Program-made: the position numbers and the translations under genes | NCBI GenBank assembly: GCA_035553635.1 | Contig: DATMKB010000406.1 | Span: 1-30,098, forward strand | Reading direction: 5' to 3' | Origin: Mycobacteriales bacterium | Lineage (GTDB): Bacteria; Actinomycetota; Actinomycetes; Mycobacteriales; SCTD01 | DNA: 30,098 nt | Part shown: piece by piece, positions 18,923 through 27,364 of the stretch | Layout of the letters: every line of letters begins with the position of its first letter | Numbering within the stretch: position 1 is the first letter of the stretch | The notes under the pieces: model-generated | What the model was told of the DNA's origin: nothing | Database searches by the model: none | What the model saw: only the letters and a program-made list of their open reading frames with translations

Positions 18923-20034
18923 GCCGGCACCCCCTCGGCGTCGGCGGCGCGCTGCTGGTCGAGCTCGCGCGCGACGCGGCGCTGCTCGTCGCGCAGGCGG
19001 TAGCGCCGTACGAGCTCGTAGGCGACGACGACCGAGAGCACGATGGTCCCCTGCATGATCGTGACGATCTCGCGCGAGACGCCCTCGATGTCGAGGATGA
19101 CCGACGAGACGTCGAGGTAGGCCCACAGGAGCGCGCCGAAGGCGATGCCCACGGGGTGGTTGCGCCCGAGCAGTGCGATGGCGATGCCGGTGAAGCCCAG
19201 GCCCGCGGGGAAGTCGAGGCTGTAGGAGTACGACGCCCCGAGCAGCTGCGGCATGCCGACCAGGCCGGCGACGGCGCCGGACAGCAGCATCGTCGTCACG
19301 GTCATCCGCTTGACGTCGACGCCGCTGGCCACCGCCGCGCTCTGCGACCGCCCGGTGGCGCGAAGGTCGAAGCCGAACCGGGTGCGGCCGAGCAGCAGCC
19401 AGTACGCGACGCCGACGAGCACCGCGAGCGGCAGCAGGCCGAACACCTCGAGGCTGCTGTCGGGGACGAGCGGGAGGCCGCCCACGCGCCCGGACTCCGG
19501 GATCGGCTGCGTGCCGATGTTGTTGCTGCCCTGCACCGGCACCGCGACCTTGCGCAGGAAGAACGCGACGAGGCCGGTGGCGATCGCGTTCAGCATGATG
19601 GTCGAGATGACCTCGCTGACGCCGCGGGTCGCCTTGAGCAGGCCGGCGAGGCCCGCCCACATCGCGCCGACGGCGACGGCCGTGAGGATGATGACCGCCT
19701 GGTGCAGCCCCGCCGGCAGCGACAGCGTGCCGCCGACGTAGGCGGCCGTCATGGCGGCCAGCCGGTACTGGCCGTCGACGCCGATGTTGAACAGGTTCAT
19801 CTTGAACCCGATCGCGACCGCCACCGCCGACAGGTAGTAGGTGGTGGCCGCGTTCAGGACGAGCGCGATGCTGCGCGGCTGCTGCCCGTAGTCCAGGAGC
19901 AGCTGGAAGGTCCCGAGCACGGGGTCACCCGCGCCGATGAGCACGAACGACGCGAGCAGCGCGGCGAAGGCGATGGCGAGCAGCGGCGCGGCCAGCCCGA
20001 GCGCGGGGCTGCGGACGTCCCTGCGCCCGGTCAC
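18919..20034 (-). CDS. Nucleoside (simple sugar-type) ABC permease, 371 aa
   Basis: LFNIGVDGQY, EVISTIMLN, RTRFGFDLRATG, GFTGIAIALLGRNHP. Confidence 0.92.
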   Translation of the reverse strand: MTGRRDVRSPALGLAAPLLAIAFAALLASFVLIGAGDPVLGTFQLLLDYGQQPRSIALVLNAATTYYLSAVAVAIGFKMNLFNIGVDGQYRLAAMTAAYVGGTLSLPAGLHQAVIILTAVAVGAMWAGLAGLLKATRGVSEVISTIMLNAIATGLVAFFLRKVAVPVQGSNNIGTQPIPESGRVGGLPLVPDSSLEVFGLLPLAVLVGVAYWLLLGRTRFGFDLRATGRSQSAAVASGVDVKRMTVTTMLLSGAVAGLVGMPQLLGASYSYSLDFPAGLGFTGIAIALLGRNHPVGIAFGALLWAYLDVSSVILDIEGVSREIVTIMQGTIVLSVVVAYELVRRYRLRDEQRRVARELDQQRAADAEGVPA

Positions 20035-21557
20035 GCGGCGCCCTGCCCGGCTCCGGTCATGGCGCTGCCGAGCTGCTCGGGCGTCACCGTGCCGGGGTCG
20101 ACGTCGGCGACGAGGCGGCCGCGCAGGACGACGGCGATGCGGTCGGACAGGCCGATGAGCTCGTCGAGGTCGGCCGACACGAGCAGCACGGCGAGCCCCT
20201 GCCGGCGGGCGGTGCGCACGTGCTCCCAGATGGCGGCCTGGGCGCCGACGTCGACCCCGCGCGTCGGGTGGCTCGCGACCAGCACGCTGATGTCGGCGCT
20301 CATCTCGCGCCCGACGATGAGCTTCTGCTGGTTGCCGCCCGACAGGGCGCTGGCGAGCACGTCGATGCCGGGGGTGCGGACGTCGTACTCCCGCACGATG
20401 CGCTCGGTGTCGCGCCGGGCGGCGCTGCGGTCGATGAGCGCGCCCTTCACGTTCGGTGCCTCCGTCTGGTGGCCGAGCACCCGGTTCTCCCACAGCGGGG
20501 CGTCGAGCAGCAGCCCGTGGCGGTGGCGGTCCTCCGGCACGTATCCGATGCCGCCCTCGCGACGGCGGCGGGTGGACCACCCGGTGACGTCCTGCCCGCC
20601 GAGGTGGACGGTGCCGGCGTCGGTGCGGCGCATGCCGAGCACCGCCTCGACGAGCTCGGCCTGGCCGTTGCCCTCGACCCCGGCGAGCCCGAGGACCTCG
20701 CCGCGGCGGATGGTGAGCGAGACGTCGTCGACGAGCGCGCGGCCGGTGGCGTCGCGCACGGTCAGCCCGCGCACCTCGAGCACCACCTCGTCGGTCACGG
20801 TGGACTCGCGGGTCTCGGGCGACGGGAGCTCGGCGCCCACCATGAGCTCGGCCAGCTCGCGCGCCGTCGTCGTCGCGGGGTCGACGGTCGCGACGGTGGT
20901 GCCGCGGCGGATCACGGTGACGTCGTCCGCGACGGTGAGCACCTCGTCGAGCTTGTGGGAGATGAAGATGACGGTCAGGCCCTCGCTCTTGAGCTCGCGC
21001 AGGTTGGCGAACAGCTCGTCCACCTCCTGCGGCACGAGCACCGCGGTCGGCTCGTCGAGGATGAGGATCCGGGCGCCGCGGTAGAGCACCTTGAGGATCT
21101 CGACGCGCTGCCGCTGGCCGACGCCGAGGTCGCCGACCAGGCGGTCGGGCTCGACGCCGAGGCCGTAGGCGTCGGAGATCTCCGTGATGCGCCGCCGCGC
21201 GGTGCGCAGGTCCAGGACGACGCCGCCCGTGCGCGGCTCGCTGCCGAGCACGACGTTCTCGAGGACGGTGAGGTTGTCGGCGAGCATGAAGTGCTGGTGC
21301 ACCATGCCGACGCCGGCGGCGATGGCGTCGCCGGGGTCGCCGAAGCGGACCTCGCGGCCGTCCACCCGCACGGTGCCCTCGTCGGGGCGCTGCATCCCGT
21401 ACAGGATCTTCATGAGGGTCGACTTGCCGGCGCCGTTCTCGCCGACGACGGCGTGCACCGTGCCGGCGCGCACGCGCAGCTCGACGTCGCGGTTGGCGAC
21501 GACGCCGGGGAAGCGCTTGGTGACGCCGGTCAGCTCGACCGCGAGGGGTGCGCTGAT
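20031..21557 (-). CDS. Nucleoside ABC transporter ATP-binding protein with two ABC domains, about 508 aa (start inferred at ATC 21557; ORF track uses GTG 21635)
   Basis: GENGAGKST, ILILDEPT, LSGGNQQK, HPTRGVD; AGGAGG (21570-21565) lies 7 nt before ATC. Confidence 0.9.
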   Translation of the reverse strand: MSAPLAVELTGVTKRFPGVVANRDVELRVRAGTVHAVVGENGAGKSTLMKILYGMQRPDEGTVRVDGREVRFGDPGDAIAAGVGMVHQHFMLADNLTVLENVVLGSEPRTGGVVLDLRTARRRITEISDAYGLGVEPDRLVGDLGVGQRQRVEILKVLYRGARILILDEPTAVLVPQEVDELFANLRELKSEGLTVIFISHKLDEVLTVADDVTVIRRGTTVATVDPATTTARELAELMVGAELPSPETRESTVTDEVVLEVRGLTVRDATGRALVDDVSLTIRRGEVLGLAGVEGNGQAELVEAVLGMRRTDAGTVHLGGQDVTGWSTRRRREGGIGYVPEDRHRHGLLLDAPLWENRVLGHQTEAPNVKGALIDRSAARRDTERIVREYDVRTPGIDVLASALSGGNQQKLIVGREMSADISVLVASHPTRGVDVGAQAAIWEHVRTARRQGLAVLLVSADLDELIGLSDRIAVVLRGRLVADVDPGTVTPEQLGSAMTGAGQGAA

Positions 21558-21604
21558 GACCGGACCTCCTGAGGGGGAGAGGGAGCTCGCGACGGCCGGA
21601 CGCG

Positions 21605-21650
21605 GGACGGGGCCCGCCGGGACGCTAGCGCGCACCCGGGGGCCCCGTCC
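21605..21650. repeat. 11-bp perfect inverted repeat between lipoprotein and ATPase genes, enclosing a TAGCGT hexamer
   Basis: GGACGGGGCCC 21605-21615 / GGGCCCCGTCC 21640-21650; TAGCGT on minus strand at 21627-21622. Confidence 0.6.
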
Positions 21651-21669
21651 GCTCGTGCGGGGACTGCGG

Positions 21670-22728
21670 TCAGCTGGTCGGGACGGTGATCTCGCCGCTG
21701 ATGATCTTCTGCTTGTAGTCCTCGAGCTGCGCGGTGATGTCGTCCACCTTGCCGCCCGACGTCGAGTAGTCGACGCCGCCGGCCTCGAGGTCGTAGACCG
21801 TCTGGCCGGACTGGACGTCGCCCTCGACCGCGCTGTTGATGAAGTCGAAGACCGCGACGTCGACCTTCTTGAGCATCGACGTGAGGATGACGTCCTGCAC
21901 CGCCTCGCCGGCGGTCACGTACTGGTCGGAGTCGACGCCGATGGCGAGCTTGCCCGCCGCGTCGGCCGCCTCGAACAGGCCGGAGCCCGAGCCGCCGGCG
22001 GCGTGGTAGACGACGTCGGCGCCGGAGTCGAACATGCCCTGGGCGGCGGTGCGGCCCTTGGCCGGGTCGTTGAACCCGGTGAAGTCCGGCGGCTGCGTCA
22101 GGTAGGTGGTCTGCACGGTGATGCCGGGCTTGACGGCCTCGGCGCCGGCCTTGAAGCCCGCCTCGAACTTCTTGATGAGCGGGACCTCGACGCCCCCGAT
22201 GAAGCCCACGTTGCCGTTCGGGCTCTTGAGGGCGGCGGCCACGCCGACGAGGAAGGAGCCCTGCTCCTCGGCGAAGACGAGGTTGCTGATGTTGTCGCCC
22301 TCGGCCGCGGCGTCGTCGACGATCGCGAAGGTGGTGTCGGGGAACTCCTCGGCGACCGCGGCGAGCGGGCCCGAGTAGGCGAACCCGACCGCGATGACCG
22401 GGTTGAAGCCGCTGCTGGCCAGCAGGCGCAGGCGCTCCTCCTTGGCGGAGTCGGACTCGCCGGCGCCCGCCTCGGCCTCGCGGACCTCGACGCCGAGCTC
22501 CTCGACGGCGCGGTCGAGGCCGGCGGCGGCGGCGTCGTTGAAGGACTGGTCGCCGCGGCCGCCGATGTCGTAGGCGAGGGCGACGCGGACGTCGCTGGAC
22601 GCGCCGCTGTCGCCGGACGCGGTGTCGGTGTCGCTGCTGCTGTCGCTGCCGCCGCAGGCGGTGAGCGCCAGCGCCGAGACGGCCGCGGCCGCCACGAAGC
22701 GCCGGCTGCGCAGGAGTCCTGTGCGCAA
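21670..22728 (-). CDS. BMP-family nucleoside-binding lipoprotein
   Basis: TTG start with GGAGG at 7 nt; lipobox LTAC; YDIGGRGDQSFN, F.EEQGSFLVG, AIGVDSDQ, SMLKKVD motifs. Confidence 0.93.
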   Translation of the reverse strand: MRTGLLRSRRFVAAAAVSALALTACGGSDSSSDTDTASGDSGASSDVRVALAYDIGGRGDQSFNDAAAAGLDRAVEELGVEVREAEAGAGESDSAKEERLRLLASSGFNPVIAVGFAYSGPLAAVAEEFPDTTFAIVDDAAAEGDNISNLVFAEEQGSFLVGVAAALKSPNGNVGFIGGVEVPLIKKFEAGFKAGAEAVKPGITVQTTYLTQPPDFTGFNDPAKGRTAAQGMFDSGADVVYHAAGGSGSGLFEAADAAGKLAIGVDSDQYVTAGEAVQDVILTSMLKKVDVAVFDFINSAVEGDVQSGQTVYDLEAGGVDYSTSGGKVDDITAQLEDYKQKIISGEITVPTS

Positions 22729-22802
22729 GGGTGTTCCTCCGGGTGAGGACCGCCGGACGGCGGTCGGGGGAGGCGGGCCGTAGGGCTCCGCCGTCGGCGC
22801 GC

Positions 22803-22808
22803 ACGCTA
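22803..22808 (-). promoter_or_regulatory. Putative -10 hexamer TAGCGT of the nucleoside operon, implying a leader of about 70 nt
   Basis: Same hexamer as at 3426, 5773, 13651 and 21627. Confidence 0.45.
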
Positions 22809-22873
22809 GCCGCCGCGGGGGTGCGGACGGGGCTGCGCCGCGCGACCGCTACCAGTCCGTGACCTGGCGCCGG

Positions 22874-23506
22874 TCAGACCGGGCGCAACGCCGCGAGGAC
22901 GGTCCGCGCGAAGGCGACGAAGCGGTCGACCGGCCACTGCTCGGGCTCGGCCAGGACCAGCCGCGCCGCGCCCTCCGCGAGCGTGAACACCGCCAGCGCG
23001 AACAGCCCCGGGTCGAGCGCGGGCCCCCCGCGCAGGGCGAGCCCCTGCTCGAGCAGGACGCGCAGCTGCTCCAGCAGCACGCCGCGGTGGCGGTCGACGC
23101 GGGCGGCGAGCTCGGCGGGGGCGCCCTCCGGCGGCAGCAGCACGACGCGCCAGGTGCGCGGGTCCTCCGACACGGCGCGCAGGTAGGCGGCGACGCCCGC
23201 GACGAGCAGCTCGTCGGGGTCGGCGTCCTGCGGCAGGTCGCCGCTCGGGAAGACCGGCCCGAGCTGCTCGAGGGTGCGCGCCTCCGCGCGGTCGGCGAGC
23301 GCGGTGAGCAGGGCGGTGCGGTCGGCGAAGGCGCCGTACACGACCGGCCGGGTGACGTCGCACGCGCGGGCGACGGCGTCGACGGTGACGGCGTGGAAGC
23401 CGCGCTCGAGCGCGATGTCGAGGGCGGCGTCGAGCAGCTGCTCCCGGCGCTGGGCGAGCGGCAGCCGCGGCGCGTACGGCCGCCTGGCGGGTCTTGCGCT
23501 CGTCAC
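22874..23506 (-). CDS. TetR/AcrR family transcriptional regulator
   Basis: REQLLDAA...GFHAVTVDAVARACDVTRPVVY HTH; GTG preceded by TAGCAT + 7 nt (23519-23514). Confidence 0.93.
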   Translation of the reverse strand: MTSARPARRPYAPRLPLAQRREQLLDAALDIALERGFHAVTVDAVARACDVTRPVVYGAFADRTALLTALADRAEARTLEQLGPVFPSGDLPQDADPDELLVAGVAAYLRAVSEDPRTWRVVLLPPEGAPAELAARVDRHRGVLLEQLRVLLEQGLALRGGPALDPGLFALAVFTLAEGAARLVLAEPEQWPVDRFVAFARTVLAALRPV

Positions 23507-23514
23507 GCCCGGAA

Positions 23515-23546
23515 TGCTACACAGGTGTTGCTACAGCCGTGTAGTA
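23515..23546. promoter_or_regulatory. Two abutting palindromic operators CTACA-N4-TGT(A/T)G in the divergent TetR/monooxygenase promoter
   Basis: CTACAcaggTGTTG 23517-23530 and CTACAgccgTGTAG 23531-23544; AT-rich relative to the window; AGGAGG at 23550-23555 before ATG 23561. Confidence 0.7.
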
Positions 23547-23560
23547 ATGAGGAGGCGCAG

Positions 23561-25078
23561 ATGAGCAGGCCGCTGCCGGACCGGGTCCGGGTCGTCGTCG
23601 TGGGGTCCGGCTTCGCCGGCATCGCCACCGCCGTGCGGCTGCTGGAGCAGGGCGAGCGCGACCTCGTGGTCCTCGAGCGCGGCGACGACGTCGGCGGCAC
23701 CTGGCGCGACAACACCTACCCGGGGTGCGCGTGCGACGTCCCGAGCCACATGTACAGCTTCTCCTTCGCGCCGAACCCCGACTGGTCGATGTCGTTCTCG
23801 CCGCAGCCGGAGATCCAGGCCTACCTGCAGCGGGTGGCGCGCGAGCGGGGCGTGACCGGTCTCGTGCACCTGCGCACCGAGCTGCTCGGCGCGCGCTGGG
23901 ACGACGACGCGCAGGAGTGGCACGTCTCCACCTCGCGCGGCGACCTCGTCTGCGCGGTGCTCGTGCTGGGCACCGGCGGGCTGTCGGACCCCAGCGTGCC
24001 GTCGCTGCCGGGCCTCGACCGCTTCCGCGGCACGACCTTCCACTCCGCCACGTGGGACCACGGGCACGACCTCACCGGCGAGCGCGTCGCCGTGGTCGGC
24101 ACGGGCGCGTCGGCGATCCAGTTCGTGCCGCACGTGCAGGAGCGGGCCTCGCACCTCGTGCTGTTCCAGCGCACCGCGCCGTGGGTCATGCCGCGGCGCA
24201 ACCGGCGGATCTCGGCCGCGGAGAAGGCCCTGTTCCGCAGGGTCCCCGCCGCGCAGAAGCTGGCCCGCGGCGGCATCTACGCCGTGCGGGAGAGCTGGAT
24301 CGTCGGCTTCTCGAACCCGGGCGTCATGAAGGTGGCCGAGCGCATCGCTCGGGCGCACCTGCGCCGCCAGGTGCCCGACCCCGAGCTGCGGCGCGTGCTC
24401 ACGCCGACGTACCGGCTGGGCTGCAAGCGGGTCCTGCTGAGCAACGACTACTACCCGGCGCTCGTGCAGGACGACGTCACCGTGGTCCCCGACCGCGTCG
24501 TCGAGGTCACCGAGCGCGGCGTCGTCTCGCAGTCGGCGGACGGCACCCGCACCGAGCACGAGGTCGACACGATCATCTTCGGCACCGGCTTCAAGGTCAC
24601 CGACCCGCCCGTCGCCCACCGGGTCGTCGGGCGCGACGGCCGCACGCTGGCCGAGCACTGGCGTGGCCGCGGCATGCAGGCGCTGCACGGCACCGCCATC
24701 GCCGGCTTCCCGAACCTGTTCTTCCTCGTCGGCCCCAACACCGGCCTCGGGCACAACTCGATCGTCTACATGATCGAGTCGCAGGTGCAGCACGTGGTCG
24801 AGGCCCTGGCGCTCCTGCGGCGCGCGGGCGCGACGGCGATCGAGGCCCGGCAGTCCGCGCAGGACGCCTACAACGCCCGCCTGCAGGAGGACCTGCAGGG
24901 CACGGTCTGGAACGCCGGCGGGTGCTCGAGCTGGTACCTCGACGCGCACGGCCGCAACACCACCCTGTGGCCGACCTACACCTGGCGCTTCCGCCGCCAG
25001 GTGCAGGAGGTCCGGCCCGCCGAGTACGTCCTGCGCACGGCCGACGCCGCGCGCTCCCCCGAGGAGGTCCCCGCATGA
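23561..25078 (+). CDS. Flavin-containing monooxygenase, type I Baeyer-Villiger signature, 505 aa
   Basis: GSGFAG and GTGASA Rossmann motifs, GGTWRDNTYPGCACD, FRGTTFHSATWD (FxGxxxHxxxW[P/D]). Confidence 0.92.
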   Translation: MSRPLPDRVRVVVVGSGFAGIATAVRLLEQGERDLVVLERGDDVGGTWRDNTYPGCACDVPSHMYSFSFAPNPDWSMSFSPQPEIQAYLQRVARERGVTGLVHLRTELLGARWDDDAQEWHVSTSRGDLVCAVLVLGTGGLSDPSVPSLPGLDRFRGTTFHSATWDHGHDLTGERVAVVGTGASAIQFVPHVQERASHLVLFQRTAPWVMPRRNRRISAAEKALFRRVPAAQKLARGGIYAVRESWIVGFSNPGVMKVAERIARAHLRRQVPDPELRRVLTPTYRLGCKRVLLSNDYYPALVQDDVTVVPDRVVEVTERGVVSQSADGTRTEHEVDTIIFGTGFKVTDPPVAHRVVGRDGRTLAEHWRGRGMQALHGTAIAGFPNLFFLVGPNTGLGHNSIVYMIESQVQHVVEALALLRRAGATAIEARQSAQDAYNARLQEDLQGTVWNAGGCSSWYLDAHGRNTTLWPTYTWRFRRQVQEVRPAEYVLRTADAARSPEEVPA

Positions 25079-25962
25079 GCCCCCGTCCCGATCTGACCGG
25101 CCGCGTCGTCGCGGTGACGGGTGCCGCCCGCGGTCTGGGTGCCGAGCTGTCGCGCCAGCTGACCGCGCGCGGCGCGCGCGTGGCGCTGCTCGGCCTCGAG
25201 CGCGACGAGCTCGCCGCCGTGGGCGCGCAGTGCCCGGGGTCGTAGTGGTGGGAGGTCGACGTCACCGACGGCGCGGCGCTCGCCGCGGTCGCCACGGACG
25301 TCGTCACCGCCTTCGGGCAGGTCGACGACCTCGTCGTCAACGCCGGCATCGGCGCGGGCGGGTCGCTGCTCGTCGCCGAGCCGGAGGCCTACGACCGGGT
25401 CCTCGAGGTGAACCTGCTGGGCAGCGTCCGCACGGTCCGGGCGTTCCTGCCGCACCTGGTCGCGAGCCGCGGCTACGTGCTGCAGGTCGCGTCGCTCGCC
25501 GCGCTCGTGCCGGTGCCCCTCATGAGCGCGTACTGCGCGAGCAAGAGCGGCGTCGAGGCGTTCGCGCACAGCCTGCGCGGCGAGACCCGGCACCACGGCG
25601 TCGGCGTGGGCGTGGCCTACCTGTCCTGGACCGACACAGACATGGTGCGGGGCGCCGACGCCACCCCCGGCCTCGGCACGTTCCGCTCGCAGCTGCCGGG
25701 CGTCTTCGGCCGCACGTACCCGCTCGAGCCGGCGGTGGCGCGGATCGCCGACGGCCTGGCCCGCCGGCGCCGGCACGTCTACGCCCAGCCGTGGCTGCGG
25801 GCGCTGCCCGCGGTGCGGGGCGCCCTGCCCTGGATCACCGACGTCGGCAGCCGCGACCTGCCCGCGCAGGCCGAGCAGGCCCTGCTCGCCGCCGGCCCTG
25901 AGGCCACCCGCCCCGTGGGTAGGGGAGGATCCGCCGACACCCGCGCCGCTGCTGCGCAGTAG
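25075..25962 (+). pseudogene. Short-chain dehydrogenase/reductase interrupted by one in-frame TAG at codon 57 (25243-25245)
   Basis: ATGA overlap with monooxygenase; TGAARGLG before the stop; same frame continues with NAG, S and YCASK to TAG at 25962. Confidence 0.8.
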
Positions 25963-25987
25963 CGGCCACCTCGAAGGAGGCTCCCCC

Positions 25988-27364
25988 GTGGGGCTCATGC
26001 CGCCGCAGGACTCGATGTTCCTCGTGCCGGAGTCGCGCGAGCAGCCGATGCACGTCGGCGGGCTCCAGGTCTTCGAGCTGCCCGAGGGCGCCGACGACGG
26101 CTTCGTCAGCGAGCTCTACGAGCAGGCCCTCGCCGTCGAGGAGGTGTCGCCGCTGTTCCGCAAGCGGCCGCGCCGCTCCCTGACGACCCTCGGGCAGTGG
26201 GCCTGGGAGGAGGACGACGACCTCGACCTCGAGCACCACGTCCGCCACTCGGCCCTGCCGCGGCCCGGGCGCGTCCGCGAGCTGCTCGCGCTCGTCTCGC
26301 GGCTGCACGGCACCCTGCTGGACCGCAAGCGGCCGCTGTGGGAGGCGCACCTCATCGAGGGCCTCGAGGGCGGCCGGTTCGCCGTCTACACCAAGACCCA
26401 CCACGCGATGATCGACGGCATCAGCGGCATGCGGCTGCTCCAGCGCAGCATGTCGACCGACCCGGACGCCGTCGTGCCCATGCCGTACGCCATGCGGACG
26501 CAGGGCGGCCGGCGCCGGGGCGGCGGGGGTGGCGTCACCGCGCTGCCGGGGCAGGCGGCGCGCGGTGCGGTGCGCGTCGGCGTCGACGCCGTCACCATCA
26601 CGCCGGCGCTGGTGAAGATCGCCGAGAAGGTGCTGCGCCAGCAGCGGCTCGCGCTGCCGGGGCAGGCCCCGCGGACGATCCTCAACACCTCCATCAGCGG
26701 CAGCCGCCGCTTCGCCGCCGACGGCTGGGACCTCAGCCGCATCCGCGCCGTCGGGAAGGCGGCGGGTGCCACCGTCAACGACGTCGTGCTCGCCATGTGC
26801 TCCGGCGCGCTGCGGCAGTACCTGCTCGACCTCGACGCGCTGCCCGACGCCCCGCTCATCGCCATGACCCCGGTCAACCTGCGCGCCGACGACCCGGACG
26901 ACGACCGCACGGGCAACGCCGTCGGCATCATCCTGTGCAACCTCGCCACCGACCTCGAGGACGCCGGCGAGCGCCTCGCGGCCGTGCGCGAGTCGATGCT
27001 GCACGGCAAGGACGTGCTGTCCGGGCTCGACCAGCTGCAGATCACGGCGCTGTCGGCGCTCGCGCTCACCCCGATCGGGCTCAACGCCTTCCTGCCGCTG
27101 CACAAGCTGACGAACGCCTACAACCTCGTCATCAGCAACGTGCCCGGCCCGGCCGACACGCTCTACTTCAACGGCGCGCGGCTGCAGGGCCTCTACCCGC
27201 TGTCCATCCCGACCCACGGCCAGGCCCTGAACGTGACCGTCACGAGCTACGCGGGCCAGCTGCAGTTCGGGCTCACCGGCGACCGCAAGGCGCTGCCGAG
27301 CCTGCAGCGCCTGCTCGTGCACCTCGAGGACTCCCTGGCCGCCCTCGAGCGGGCGGTCGCCTGA
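25988..27364 (+). CDS. Wax ester synthase / diacylglycerol acyltransferase (WS/DGAT)
   Basis: PMHVGG, HHAMIDG catalytic motif, TVNDVVLAMC, NLVISNVPGP; GAAGGAGG before GTG. Confidence 0.95.
   Translation: MGLMPPQDSMFLVPESREQPMHVGGLQVFELPEGADDGFVSELYEQALAVEEVSPLFRKRPRRSLTTLGQWAWEEDDDLDLEHHVRHSALPRPGRVRELLALVSRLHGTLLDRKRPLWEAHLIEGLEGGRFAVYTKTHHAMIDGISGMRLLQRSMSTDPDAVVPMPYAMRTQGGRRRGGGGGVTALPGQAARGAVRVGVDAVTITPALVKIAEKVLRQQRLALPGQAPRTILNTSISGSRRFAADGWDLSRIRAVGKAAGATVNDVVLAMCSGALRQYLLDLDALPDAPLIAMTPVNLRADDPDDDRTGNAVGIILCNLATDLEDAGERLAAVRESMLHGKDVLSGLDQLQITALSALALTPIGLNAFLPLHKLTNAYNLVISNVPGPADTLYFNGARLQGLYPLSIPTHGQALNVTVTSYAGQLQFGLTGDRKALPSLQRLLVHLEDSLAALERAVA

Noticed and set aside
22729-22802. 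Assignment of the leader to a known purine/2'-dG/PRPP riboswitch class
   Set aside because: No recognisable conserved aptamer nucleotides and the sequence is far more GC-rich than those families; kept only as an unassigned candidate.
22860-22876. Small hairpin TGACC-N7-GGTCA at the TetR stop
   Set aside because: Only 5 bp with no U-tract; within chance expectation.
25243-25245. Pyrrolysine or genetic-code reassignment as the explanation for the SDR TAG
   Set aside because: TAG is used as a normal stop several times here (5775, 6436, 25962, 27741) and no pyl genes are present.
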